Notes: generated by a model from the letters alone, not told the origin. 64,000 nt of DNA from Botryllus schlosseri (GCA_051294905.1 CM119378.1:11656001-11720000), one strand, 5' to 3'. Shown: positions 26,501 to 38,857, counted from the first letter of the stretch. A program made the numbers and translations.

Positions 26501-29500
26501 TGCTGCCAGCACAATCCATATAGTGGCCCGCAGTTGAAATGTAATAAATTTCAACCAAAGATGTTATAATGAAGTCAAAATTGTAATTTATAAGAAAGTT
26601 TCACAGTACAGAACCTACCAAGGTTCGTTTGTGAACGTGAACCTCTAAATTTCTGAGGTTCACACACAGAACGCGAACGTGAACCTCACATTCACACCAC
26701 CCCTAATAGTTATGAATTAAAGTTTGATCCAATTAGTGCTTTCTGATTTGGAGTCAGATATAGAATGCTGAATATAATAGTAGGCCTATATTGAAAAGAT
26801 ATAGGTTTTCTGTAAAGCAAAATGAGCTATGCACGCATTGGTGTTAAACTGCTGCATGAAATTTTTATTACTGGTAATAATTTCGCTAATCTGTTTTCCA
26901 GCCTGTCTGAAACAAATTGGATGTTAGACTTCATTCACCATATGCTCACAGCAACAGATTCCATTTTACAAGAAGGGTTTGCGGAAAAGGCAAAAGAAAT
27001 TCTGGTGAATGCATTCATGCAATGATATTTTGTTCTTTGTGTAATTTTTTGTGTGTACAAATGAAACCCAGGCATAACTTATTTGGGATCAAATTTTGTC
27101 ACAAATCACATAGATTTGATCACACTGAACAGTTTTCTGCCGATTACTGCTGTTACAGGTGAACATTGACTGAGGGGATCCGGTTCTATTCCAAGTATTA
27201 GTTTCGGCGTCTGCCTACCCCTCATTTTCCTTAAGAAACCATGGTAGATATGATCCACTTTGACTGTCTCTTTATAAACCAGTTTCGGCATTACATTAAT
27301 GCATCAAATATAGTATCAAACTCTGGAGGTAAACCTGTGATGATAATTGACATCAACACACTGAGAACTTTCATTCATTCAATCATTTATTTAATATTAT
27401 TATCATCTATTTAAAGCAGTGGTTCCCAACCTTTTTCGACTTATCGCCCCCTTATCAATCGCAACACAAATTTTTGCCCCCCATATTCACTAATCCATAA
27501 ATCTGATCGCTGGTGCATTTACTAAAAAAGGGCTATTTTTCCGAGGTGGTAGTTACTCGGAAAACTGGTTTCCATGTCTACTCTCCTTTGAGTTGACCTT
27601 TTTTCGCATTGGACGCACGCCTTGGACTAAAACAGAGGTTCTTAACCCATCGTCATTAACGCCAGTGTCAAAATAGACCCCAACCAATCAATGATGTGAG
27701 CCATATTTTAATGAAATGTTTGATTGTTCTTGGCAACCATCTATTCCTAGTCTATATTATACACTATCAATCAGTATTCTCCATCAGATGATTGACTCTA
27801 ATACCTCGTCGCAATGAGCAATATATTGCAAATGGGTCCGATATTGAGGGGAAAGGGTTTTGATCTTCCCTATTTCAGCTTATTGTGACCCCTATGCTCA
27901 TTTTATGCTATATAGATTCAAGAGGGCGTGTCGGTAAAGCTTTTTGATCACTTTCTAACTCTTACCGAAATGAGGTCAATTTGTATCCCACCTTAGTGAT
28001 CTATGGTGAAATGGGTAACCTATAGGAATCGCGGGGTTTGGAGGAATGAACATTAGGGTTGTTCAAAAATAACATTAAAAAAATTGCGGTTCATACCTAA
28101 AATTGTTAGGTTGGCTAAAATCGTTGCAAACCCAATTTGGCTTTATTCCAACGAGTAGAGGTGAATCTATTAGATAAAATTTACTATAAAAAATATAAAG
28201 TGAAATTTTCAAACTCTACTGTCTACCACATAAATTTTTTAGGTTGTCTACAAAAACTACGCAGAACAAATTTGATTAATTCCAGCTCGTAGAAGTGAAG
28301 TTATTCGAGTTTTTCATCAATAATTCTATAATTATTCAGGGTAAATAGTATTTTTTCAAATCCAAGATTTTCAACTGCGATAAATTGAGTCAGATTTGCA
28401 TCAGGCAACTTGAGGATTCCATTGGGTTGACAGTAAATACGAAAATTATACAAAAAATTTCAACTCTAATGGGCTCACTTCTAGGTGGTAAAATTGAACC
28501 GAATTTGGTGTGAAACATTTTTTAGCCAACCTAGCAATTTTAGCTGATAGCCGCAATAATTAAAAAAATATATTTTTGAACAATCCTAATGAACATTCAT
28601 CCGTAAAACATCATGCAAGAGGTCTTTAGCAGGATTAGAAAATAAATGAGCAATTTAACTGATTGGGGCAATTTTTACCGCACCGCGCCATTCTTGTACC
28701 GATACTGCGCCTCAGTGGTGATTGGTTAACCGAGGTTCAAATGAACCCCTTGGGCTCGCTACGTGACAATCTCAGTGGCTCGTCGGTCAAGACACACACT
28801 TAACTCATAGAATTCATGGAGACAATCTTGTCTTAGTCATCATTTACTGCAGGGAGTCGGTAGTCACAGTGTTACTGTTGTGTTGCTATGTTGTGTGCAT
28901 GTGTCGCATACACAGCAGATGCTGGGGTTTGAAATCGAAGACTCGTCCCATTGAAATGCCGATTCTGTCTCCAATATCTATTTACTTATTTGTGATTGAG
29001 CAATTGACATTACGCTCGTGTGTTTTGACCGAACGATATGATGGCACTATCCAAGATATGATGGCACTTTGTGATTCGCCAAAGTCGTTCATATTAGCTA
29101 AGGGTCCGTCAGGTCAGTAAAGGTTAAGAACCACTGGCCTAGAGCAACTAAATAAGAGGCACGGGCTACACACCGAATGAAAATAAACAGGAGATACCAG
29201 GAAACGATAGACACCGAGTACGGTCATGCTCAGCAACTGTTGGATTGCCAGCTAAATGCTGATCAAAAGTCGTGATATGTTTCACTTGATGGATCCATGC
29301 GTTTTCTTGTATTTTATACAGAACATGTAGTAATTCGACGATGAGTAACTACTTGGTTATTTCTATTCATCGAACCACTTTTCTTTCAAGGAAACTTGTT
29401 TCACTGATGAAGACTTTCCATCGAATTCAAGTGACAGACAACTGGCCATGGAAGGGGACCAACAAAGTTGCGACAATGGTAGGCTTCGTAAATCCATCTG

Positions 29501-32500
29501 TTGCCCTAGATGTTCACGAGGCACTGATAATTCTACCACTTTCATATGAAATATTCAGTTATATTCAATTGCAAGCACCAATGAACAAACACTCACGAAA
29601 TGATAGAGAAGTCATTTGAAAATGAAATATGAGAAGATTAAAAACACAAGTGCAGCTATGGCTATTATATACCATATATATAATATTTATAATAATTGAT
29701 AATTGCTTATTTGCAGTAGAGTAATAGTCGTAATATAGATTTTCACATTTTTGAAAACTTCTCGATTGACTCTTCGATACATATCTTAAATCAGCAAGCT
29801 GATTGATGTCTGTAAATATTTTTTCCTTATTTTATGTCATTATCGAAATAATATAGCAGAGTACACTGAAATTATAATGCCTTGTCATCCATTGAAAAAT
29901 GTTTTGAAATTAGTTGATTAACATTGAAATATCTCAAAAGTCCATTTTCACGGAGAAACAAATAAAAGGTCACAAATAAACAAATATATTGTAATTATGG
30001 TAATAGATTCACCCTATTCCTACCAAACTGAGATGAAGATCAAATGTTAAGTCACAGAATATAACGAAAATATCAATTCCTAGGTGAAGAGTTGATTGAT
30101 AGTACACTGAGATTATTCAATACTATACCTCATATCTCTTTACTGTGTGTCATTGTGCAGTGTGTGTTCTTGAATGCTTGAAAGTATTGTACAACTAGTC
30201 CAGTGGTTCCTAACCGGTGTGCCGCGATGCACTACTGTGCCGATGGAACCGCTCAGGGGTGCCGATAGAAAACGTGGTAATCAAGATCAACGTGTAACAA
30301 AAAATAAGGTATCCCAATTTTGATTGTGGCATAATAGGTGGTTCTGTTATTTTTACCCGCCCAAGACAAACAATTTACAATAGTGATACAATGAGCATAT
30401 GAGAGGATGTCGAAATGACCAAGTACGGTCTCTCTATCTGGCATCCCCCTCAGTCTAATGCCAGTGTTCGATCTCTCTCCTTATTTTTAGGCTTCCTCAC
30501 TCTTTTTATTCTTTTCCTTGACTTGTTTCTACAGCAGGTATTTCTCTGAGTTTTTGTTATTGTAAAGACGCTGTGAGCAAAGCCACACAGCGGTAGATAA
30601 TCTCAGATAAACCTCCAACGCTACGGAATTTGGTACTTCCAAGAATCGAGCCAGGGCGTCGACCCTCAATGGTGCTGGTGCACCACATTTAGTAGCATTT
30701 GTCAGTGTGATAACTAAACAAAAGGTCATCAATTGGGACCTTTTTTCAAGTCACCCCTATCAGAATTCAGAACCGGGGGTTGAACAGTAACATGACGCAG
30801 GTGATGACCTTGCCCAATCTTCAAAATCTATTTTCATTTTTCATCAGACCAACATTGCTTATTATGATTCCTGAGATGACAACTTATAGATAGCACGACC
30901 CACTTTGCTTCAGATCTTTGGTAAGGCACCACTTATGCAGATCACATGGCGAGGAGAAGTTTAGATAAACTTTCAACAATTGGAAAGGGATGCACTGACC
31001 TCGGCCTGACCTGCAACTCATTTGTGATGCAGACTTGCAACGGTGCAACGAACCATTACACTACTCGCCACTCAGAGTACTATAGCAGGGGTGGGCAGAC
31101 CCGATTCATGCACGAGCCACATATCAAAAATTTTAGCTTTAGAAAAGCCACAACAAAAAATTCAAAAATACGAAGTTATTACGCCACAATGAAATGTTTG
31201 GCTATCGAAAGAAGTTTATTATTCTGTTGAGAGAAAGAGAGTCTTTGTTTTTAGGGTGCGTCTGCGCCTGGACTGCAAGGTATTTGAAATCAGGCTGATA
31301 TGACGTCAAAGCAATGCGGAGCAGTTCCTTAAATTGCTGATGAGAATTTAAGGTTTCAATACAACATCCATTGTAGCAGTATATTTATTAAACTCGAAGA
31401 CTTTTCGGGTGCCTCTTTTCAAGAGTTATCGGCACACTAAAGGGATTTAAACAGATTTAAAAGCAAAACCAAAAAGGCAAAGTATGACGCAACAATCAAA
31501 ATCACAGACCATGAAATTCGCATCGTATCAATGGCAACAATAACAAACTACGAAGTATACGGACATACGGTACTATAGTAGCAGCACAATTTGTAAATAA
31601 ACAATTACACGCACGGAACAACACGCACTAATGAGAAATTTGTAGGTTATAGAGGAAATCTTTCTGTCTGCATAAAATAGGTTTGCTCAACTGAATAATA
31701 GTAGACTCCAACACTTTTAAATGAAACACAGACCTACCACGCGCAATGACAGTGAACATATTGTCATCATAGTGCTGTGCACAGGCAAGGTTTTCGCTCA
31801 GATGCTGACCGATTGACGAAGCATATGCTTGGTAATCATCATAGCAGTCTGTTTTTGCAGCCAATTTGCACTGACGTGCGAGCTCCGTGCGATCATTTGC
31901 GCATGTTTTTGACCGAATCAATTTTGGGATATGCTGCTTAATACGCTCAAACAATCTTTGAGATGTACGTCCTACAACACAGTGGCACTTGTATTGGTAA
32001 ACAACATTACTTGCATCAAAGGCAGGAAGTACATCTTTTCGAGAGTTGGGTAACAAGGGTTTCGTCGTGTACACTACATGCGTGTTAACGCTGTAGTAGC
32101 AACGGTGAACAGCCGATTTAATAAGCTTTTCAAATCGGCTAGACACGTTACCTAGCCAAGGTAGATGTAAAAATGCCGGGCATTTTTCTGGGCCATATTT
32201 TGGAGCTGTATCCGATTTTTTCAATACCCTAGAGATGGAGCATTTTAATATGTGGTCCGGATAGCCATTTTTGGAGAGAATCGAGTGGATATCATCCAAT
32301 TCTCGTGACAGTTTTTCCGGTGAGCAGAGGCGCAAGGCGCGATTAACGAGAGATGAAATGAGGTTTAATTTACACCGCTTCGGGCAGAATGAATCCCAAC
32401 GAATATGACCAGTTTTCTGTACACCGACGTTAAAAACGTTTGTCCTGATCTCTCTACTAAGACGTCTAAAAAGGGAAGGGCAGCATCAGTTTCCTTTTCC

Positions 32501-33882
32501 ATGGTAAATTGTAGAGCTGGATGGAGACAATTCAATTTTTCGAAGAAATTATTACACTCTCGCTCATTTTTAAAGGCAACAAAGGTGTCATCGACATATC
32601 TAAAATAGAGGAGAGGTTTTGCGACGTTTTCAAACAATTTCTTTTCATGGTATCCCACGAATATATCGGCCAGACTAGGTCCCAACGGTGAACCCATCGA
32701 AATACCATTGCATTGACGGAACATCGTGTCATTAAAGCTGAATTCAACGCTACTAGTAGCAGTTTGCAACAATTCAAGAAATATTTCACGCGGTAGTTTC
32801 GGAGGTTCAAGCGTGCCATCATAAAGCGCGTCTGCGCAGATTTCGAAAGTTTCCGACAATGGTACGTTAGTAAAAAGACTTTTCACATCAAATGAGCTAA
32901 GAAATACATTGGACGGATTTAATTTGGCGCGTTTTAATTCGTCTACATACGAGAACGAGTCGCGAACGCAGTGGTGCGTATACCCGGAAAGTCTTCGAGT
33001 TTAATAAATATACTGCTACAATGGATGTTGTATTGAAAGCTATATTCAAGTTCTGTAGCACGAACCAGCTATTTAAGAATTTAAGGACGATTTCAGCTTG
33101 CTAATGTTATTGCTTCCCATAAATCTGTCTTCGTTAGGTAACTCGTGGCAAAGTTTTGGTTTTTGGTTTCGAACGTTTCAAGTTACCGTTGCATTTTCCT
33201 ATTCATACTTTTTTTCTTCTTCCAATGATCTATATAGGCTTTTTGCCACACTCTGCAGTTATTGCTAGCCTTTCCAATACAAATGGAAGAGTCGTATTCG
33301 CCATTGTCATCCCAGAAATGATCGTGACCTGCGCTGCCATGATTAATTATCAAGTTCATTATCAAGTTCATCGATGATTTATCATTGATTGATGACTAGG
33401 TACCATTGTTGTGGGTGAAACGTTTATGTGAACTCGGATCAAGAGTTCAGTTGCAAAGTTTTTACACTGTAGTACCAACTTCCTCTACGCATAATCATTT
33501 GTGCAATCTTTAAAGAGCCGCAGTCAAAGGCCGAAAATGCCATAGTTTGCTCGCCCCTGTGCTCTAGGATACCGCATATGTTTTCGTTTGGAGAGGGTGA
33601 CGCGAGGTCGAAAAGATTGTGAATCACTGAGCTAGTCTATGGTTATAGCTCAATATATATATATTGAGTACATACTATTTGTTTTCTAATTCTACATGTT
33701 TCCTAATTATTTATGTTATATTATAATTGTATTTCTATGGAATTGATGCTGGCCAAAGCCGTGATAACATAAACGAATTTGTTGCAGTGACTGGCATTTT
33801 ATAATGCAATAATTTCTTGTCATTTTCAGATGCTGTCAATATGCAAACTGATGAAATTTGGCCACCCAATTCTTGGCAATAA
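20381..33882 (+). CDS. Unit B: spliced CARD-like (death-fold) helical protein gene; first exon not found
   Basis: Exons 20381-20506, 20870-20992, 21300-21450, 26902-27004, 29391-29478 and candidate 33830-33882 join without stops: VQSDEKLKESELLEYLSILVLKSYEKLPDWINFLKDLDIINRDEKRIFQDSLRNDERLKVLNESCKAVLTKTLEQQILVFQDNDFQGDARLVDITMNLLQDRHLKWPILYLIKSWDKLEGSDEIRSLAMTYCASLSETNWMLDFIHHMLTATDSILQEGFAEKAKEILETCFTDEDFPSNSSDRQLAMEGDQQSCDN... The CARD call is inference. Confidence 0.8.
20870..20992 (+). CDS. Unit B exon 2 (123 nt)
   Basis: ttttaatag| ... |gtgagc. Confidence 0.83.
21300..21450 (+). CDS. Unit B exon 3 (151 nt)
   Basis: tttgcag| ... |gtatgt. Confidence 0.83.
22527..23364. mobile_element. hAT MITE
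   Basis: TIR caggggtgggcaac / gttgcccgcccctg; 8-bp TSD ttataagg; inverted partial copy at about 59680-60103. Confidence 0.87.
24047..25333 (+). mobile_element. tRNA-derived SINE (tRNA-Glu/Asp-like head), interrupted by a piggyBac-type element, probable (TG)n tail
   Basis: A-box-like tagcgtatagtgg, B-box GGTTCAATTCC (24100-24110), hairpin CGGCG-CCATATA-CGCCG; acceptor stem does not pair; (TG)11 at 25311-25333. The 3' limit is inferred. Confidence 0.6.
24284..25217. mobile_element. Non-autonomous piggyBac-type element
   Basis: TTAA on both sides; TIR cccttacgaggtggg / cccacctcgtaaggg. Confidence 0.82.
26902..27004 (+). CDS. Unit B exon 4 (103 nt)
   Basis: ttttccag| ... |gtgaat. First 14 codons versus unit A: 4 synonymous and 1 non-synonymous difference. 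Confidence 0.85.
27417..29136. mobile_element. Region bounded by Charlie-type MITE ends, with an internal foldback (about 28045-28600)
   Basis: cagtggttcccaacc at 27417 and ggttaagaaccactg ending 29136, but no matching TSD, so possibly two separate elements. Confidence 0.4.
29391..29478 (+). CDS. Unit B exon 5 (88 nt)
   Basis: ttttctttcaag| ... |gtaggc. Confidence 0.75.
31628..32979 (-). mobile_element. Penelope-like retroelement, 5'-truncated: reverse transcriptase plus GIY-YIG endonuclease (pseudogenised)
   Basis: SFDVKSLFTNVP, QCNGISMGSPLGP, YFRYVDDTF, LPFLDVLV. Frameshifting deletion near 32413, then IRWDSFCPKRCKLNLI...NGYP...VVYQYKCHC-VGRTSQRLFERIKQH...KVLESTIIQLSKPILCRQ. Confidence 0.92.
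33830..33882 (+). CDS. Unit B candidate terminal (or frameshifted internal) exon
   Basis: cattttcag|at gct gtc aat...; DAVNMQTDEIWPPNSWQ*. Confidence 0.4.
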
Positions 33883-33904
33883 TTCAGTCGGTTTTATGTA
33901 ATAT

Positions 33905-34704
33905 AAATCTACCTTCCCTGTACGGCACAGAATGAATCCAAGTTTACCAGCCTGAGACAGCTGATCATGAAACTACTTGCTCTGTTCGGGTCTACAAACA
34001 TTTGTGAGCAAAAATTTGCGACCATGAACATCAACAAGACAAAGCTGCTGATGTTCATGTCCAGTATTTACTAAGGGTTCTTACATCCGGCACAAATGTC
34101 TGATTGATTTCAACAACTCTTGAAGTGTACATTAGGTTAATAAATTCATTTAATATTGTTTCGGTCTGTGTAATTGGCTGTCCCAATTCCGTTGTGCGCG
34201 AAAGCATAAATAGGTCACTCTCGAAACCACAACCGTGACGGCACAGGCAGTCTTCGAGGCACGTGTTCTCAGAGCCCGCACCTTCAGGTCTGGCGCTTGC
34301 GCTGCAGTCGTAAGATAGACAATTGATTCCATTTCGCTTCATTCATTCTTTCTATTTCTTGTTGAACCTTGTAAATCTACAAGTTTCTGACCACTATTAC
34401 TACTATTTTGCTGTTCAGTGCTATAGAAGAAAGCTCCTTGGATCTGCGTGTGTGATCAGGATGGCAAGTGTACTCAGAGCGGTCATTAGTCAGTTGACTT
34501 TTGCGTACAACAGGGACTGTAGCCGTAGCGTCGACTCCAATCAAGCAATATACCAGCGTGTCTTGCTACAGTCTGCATTAAATACAATTAATTCCTTGTA
34601 TAGGTTGATAAGTACGCAATTAATTTAATGATTCTGTCATTTGGCCCGGCATGTACCTCATTTTCATATATCAGGCCCGCCGACTGGAGAAGTTGCCCGC
34701 CTCC
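33905..34704 (+). mobile_element. hAT remnant with C-terminal dimerisation-domain fragment (family of 55575-56381)
   Basis: KLLALFGSTNICEQKFATMNINKTKL; right end gactggagaagttgcccgcc. Confidence 0.68.
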
Positions 34705-36320
34705 TAACTATTTGATTGAATAAGACGAGAAATTTAATGCCCATGAGTGCTCTTCGTTTTCCATAAGCATATAACAAGTTTTAGAGCGAATGTTTGTATG
34801 ATGTTATACTTGGTGTAATCTGACTCCAGAAGGTTACTTTTACCATTTGATGCGTATATCTTCCCTTCGACGAACCGGCGTCCACGTCAGTGGATAGCTC
34901 GATGGCTGACGTATCACGATGCCTGTCAAGTACATGTGTATTCGAAGATCACATGGACAACCCTTTTGTTTCTGTCTCTACGACTTGTAAATTTATTGAA
35001 TCAATGTACAACGACGTAATAGCTTTATGATCATGAATTGAATTGAATATTTGTACGTTGTATTACACGCGTATATATATTATAGCCATGAGAGATTATG
35101 CACGAAACATCGTAAGATTCATTTCTCCTTATCTCTATTTCATACGGCACATCGATTACCAGGTAGCGCTAATGTTCTTATCAGGTTTTCACTTCATGGA
35201 ATTAAGTATTGTTTCACAATACTCCTCATTGATCAAATATTAAAATGGTGTTACCAATATATTTGGTTATATAAACCAACTGTTTGTCGTTTGGGCATTG
35301 TGAGTTCCCAAGAAGTTTTAAACTACAGCCTTGAAGGAATTCCATGTAATGAGCTTATTTTTTCGTGTGAAATTAGAATCTTTTATCTGTATCATAATCT
35401 GAGGTCCATCAAAGATACCAGCTTTATGCTTATATTTGAGAGTCCTAGAAATTGTCTGCAGATGTTCTTGAAGCCATTCCTCCACTTTGTTTAGTACTTT
35501 AACAAACTGCTCCGTTGGCCCTGATTTAATGGGCAGAAGAGGAAAAGACAATTCCACACCAGGGTACAAAAGGCTCATTGATTGGCTCCAACTTTAAGAC
35601 TATAGTTCATACTTTCTGGTGTTTTTTTGCCAGTGCAGGATTCTTGGTATACCCACTTTGTTGGACGATCAGAAAGCGCAGATGTGCCACATTTAAGTAT
35701 TCTAGTTGAAGTTTTCAAGGACAAAGTTGATGGCTTCATACTCCTCTTTCATCTTGGTAGAATTCCCAATTTGCTCGGGAGCAAATATATTTATGTTATG
35801 AAAAAGTACAGGTCATCAAGTACAGATTGATTCAATAACTGTAATGTTGAAAAGTACCACAATTAGAACTTTTTGCAATGAAGTGTTATTTAACTACTTG
35901 AATTAAACTATAACTATGTCAAAAATATTAAACTTTTTTATTGAAAAAAATAATCACCCATTTCATAAAGGATTCATGATTTTCTCAGAAGTAGCCATAC
36001 CACTAGAGTAGGCCTTTAAATGGGTATTGGTTGGCCCATATGTAAATCACGATGGAAGAAGCATAAGTTGCCCACGAGGAGACGTTTCCATTACTAGGTA
36101 TTTGCGAAGCATTGGGTTATTCATAAATTTGCTTAGTTGTCATCCTGGAAGCTACGTAGTAATAGTACATAGTCACCGATTGTGTCGCCACTGTTTCTGT
36201 GCATAAGAGTTGGCTCATATCGGAAATGGTCAAGAACCGCTCCTGAAATACTCTATACACATATTTTAAATTTGAATGAGTCGCTCTATCCAATTGCAGT
36301 AATTTGCTTTTGTTGGGCAG

Positions 36321-36398
36321 AGAAAGTTCAAGGGCAGCATGACCTGACAATTTCTAAGGATACCGATGTTGAAACTGAACCTACAAGCAGTTGGGTTG
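36321..36398 (+). CDS. Symmetric (1-1) linker exon
   Basis: 78 nt, EKVQGQHDLTISKDTDVETEPTSSWV, strong donor gtaagt. Confidence 0.6.
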
Positions 36399-36457
36399 GT
36401 AAGTCTTGTAAATTACTCGTAAAAATGTATAGTCTGTTGCATGTCATATATTTTTAG

Positions 36458-36520
36458 TTTTGAAATCACATGAACGAAGCGACCCAACTTTGTCGAGGAA
36501 ACAGACTGATAGAAATTCAG
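36458..36520 (+). CDS. Symmetric (1-1) linker exon
   Basis: 63 nt after a 59-nt intron; LKSHERSDPTLSRKQTDRNS; resembles 51622-51663. Confidence 0.55.
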
Positions 36521-37154
36521 GTATTTATCACAGACTCATAGATTTTCACAAATTAGATATACTCCTCAATTGAGCCAAATATGCATTTTGGAAAATTCAT
36601 GAGTTTTCGTTCTCCACATTTTTGACATGTCAATGAAAGCTGAGAAGTGTATACAACCAACAGCAACCACATTAGTTGTATCAATGACTGCTGCAAGTTG
36701 TTATTGCTTCATCTTGACTTTAAAATAGGTGCACCCCTCCTTTGAACTATTTAAAAATACACATAATTTACATAAATGAATGTGAACTTATTCGCAATTA
36801 TGAGACGTAGATATGTTCCTAATATCGCTTGAGGTCTTTATAATGAGTAATTGTGGGCACGGGCCGGTGTTTAAGTGCCACGATACAACAAGACATGAAA
36901 TGTCTCCGAAGTGTGCTCTGAAATGTCTCTCAAAGTGTGCTGCCAAAAGGATAAGGGGCTAAAAAACGTTTGCACAAAATGAATAACTTGATATTGATAT
37001 GTACAGGCAGTGAAATGACTAGTACAAATGCGCCCCGCAAATGAAAATGATGCGCACAATGCAGAAATGCCCGTTTTGAATTGTGCATGCCACACAAAAA
37101 AGTTTACATTTTAGCTTGGTCTGGTTTGTCTGGGCTATTCCAATATCTTTTCAG

Positions 37155-37252
37155 TAGCAACCATCTTTGCGGGAGGTGGTGAAATGACAGCATGCGATTA
37201 TGAACTTAATCATATTGGGCCCACCAGAACCTATGTCACGAAAACTTCATGA
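37155..37252 (+). CDS. Candidate stop-containing exon
   Basis: cttttcag|; VATIFAGGGEMTACDYELNHIGPTRTYVTKTS*; a donor gtgaca follows 3 nt after the stop. Confidence 0.35.
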
Positions 37253-37699
37253 TGGGTGACATGAACATGGCTTAAGATCTATAACGGGTTGACAACCTTC
37301 AGCATACAAAGAGTCAATTTACTCATTGCAAAATACATATGAAATCATATTCTTGAACACTCATCCTCAAACATCTTGCAGCGATCAGACATCTTGTGTT
37401 TGGAAACTGTGGGAAATTTGGTCTAATGAGAAACATCACAATCACAGCTTACAGTGTTGCTCATGTTGCCGATGCTAACACAGGGCACATACCGTAACAT
37501 GAGTAAATCAAAAACGGAAAATATGCAACCGTTAATTCAGGTTTATCATATGGCTACGTGCCGCGGTTTTGCACATTCCTTGATATCTCTTCGGCGGTTT
37601 CTAGCAAATTACATCACAATGCGTATTCTGGTGATACGTGACAACAATGTTCTGCGCCCGCAGCACTTTTTGTGGTAAAATGCGGCCCGTTATGTAGCC

Positions 37700-38130
37700 C
37701 CTGTGCTAGGTGGTCAAAGTGGTCAGCGTTCAAATCAAGGAGACCCATAAGTGATGACATGAATTTCTACTTTTACAAGTAGAAGTTGCAATTTCCAAGA
37801 CCTGACAAAACTACCAAACATAGCAACAAGGTTCGGATTCATATGCTGCAGAAATAGGATGTAGCAGTTCGAACCCGCCTCTCTGCACCTTTCGCTGAGT
37901 TGAGTTTCCATGTTTTGACGGACCATGAGAGCATATTTATGACTGCTTTTCACAACTACTTACGGACTTGAGTAGATTCAAAACCAGACAAATCTACTTC
38001 AACTTGAAATAGTTTCAGGTTCTTTATAAATCATTACCTCGTTTCGTATTTGGAGTAGATTTTGGTGTGGGTACTCCTCTTCTACTTGAGCAGTTTTCTT
38101 GACTATCGATATCTTATTTGACCACCTCTG
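37700..38130. repeat. tacttgagta-type element, homologous to about 46600-46900 and 63480-63680
   Basis: ggtggtcaaag...tttgaccacctctg ends; shared blocks acttgagcagatt and ggagtagattttg. Confidence 0.5.
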
Positions 38131-38857
38131 ACAGAATCATGGCATTATTATAAATTAATGTAACTAAATTTTTAACCACTATAGCCAATTGACCAAAGAG
38201 TACTTGAAATCCAAGGTAATTATTCCAACCAGTAGAAGCGAAGCTATTCGAGTAAAAAAAATCTGGATTTGAAAAATATAGTATTTACGGTGGCAAATTC
38301 TGTAGTTTATTTATCATTGATCTACCCACCATAAATACTATGATTGGAATCAAATCATCAATAACTTCTACTGGTTGAAATTGAGCCAAATTTGATGTGC
38401 ATTGCGTTTTCAGACAACCTAGAAATTTCATGAGGTGGCCAGCAGAGTTGGATCAATTATATTACTTCAGTTCAATTACAATTTTAATTACTCCCTTACA
38501 TGTTTCAATTACAATACAATTACAATTACTCCATGCTAAAAATATCAAATTACAATTACTCCCTTGTATGTTTCAATTACATTACAATTACAATTAATCC
38601 TTGTTAAAGTATCTCATTACAATTATAATTACAATTACTGTTAATCATGTCATTGGTTTATCATAAATTCAACTTCGGTAGAGAGGTGTTCTTTGACAAC
38701 CATAGCGACGTATTTAGCAACAATCACTAACTATTCATGTTTCATTCATGATACGTAAATACCCATTACCTAAAAATACCTCTAACGTTTTCGAACTATT
38801 CCTGATCATGAATACTGAATAATACAAACACAGAAAAAAGTTTTGAGCGACTGTTAA

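Larger units (their letters stand above)
22523..26705. mobile_element. Outer TAGGG-ended element (gtgaacctc subterminal repeats) hosting a nest of insertions
   Basis: Left end aagg|gatggtgtaaacc (split by the 22527 element); right end cacaccaccccta; imperfect TSD gtagttat/atagttat. Confidence 0.5.

Noticed and set aside
27081-27158. Extra phase 1-1 exon candidate downstream of unit B exon 4
   Set aside because: It is incompatible with the phase-0 end of exon 4 and has no counterpart in unit A.
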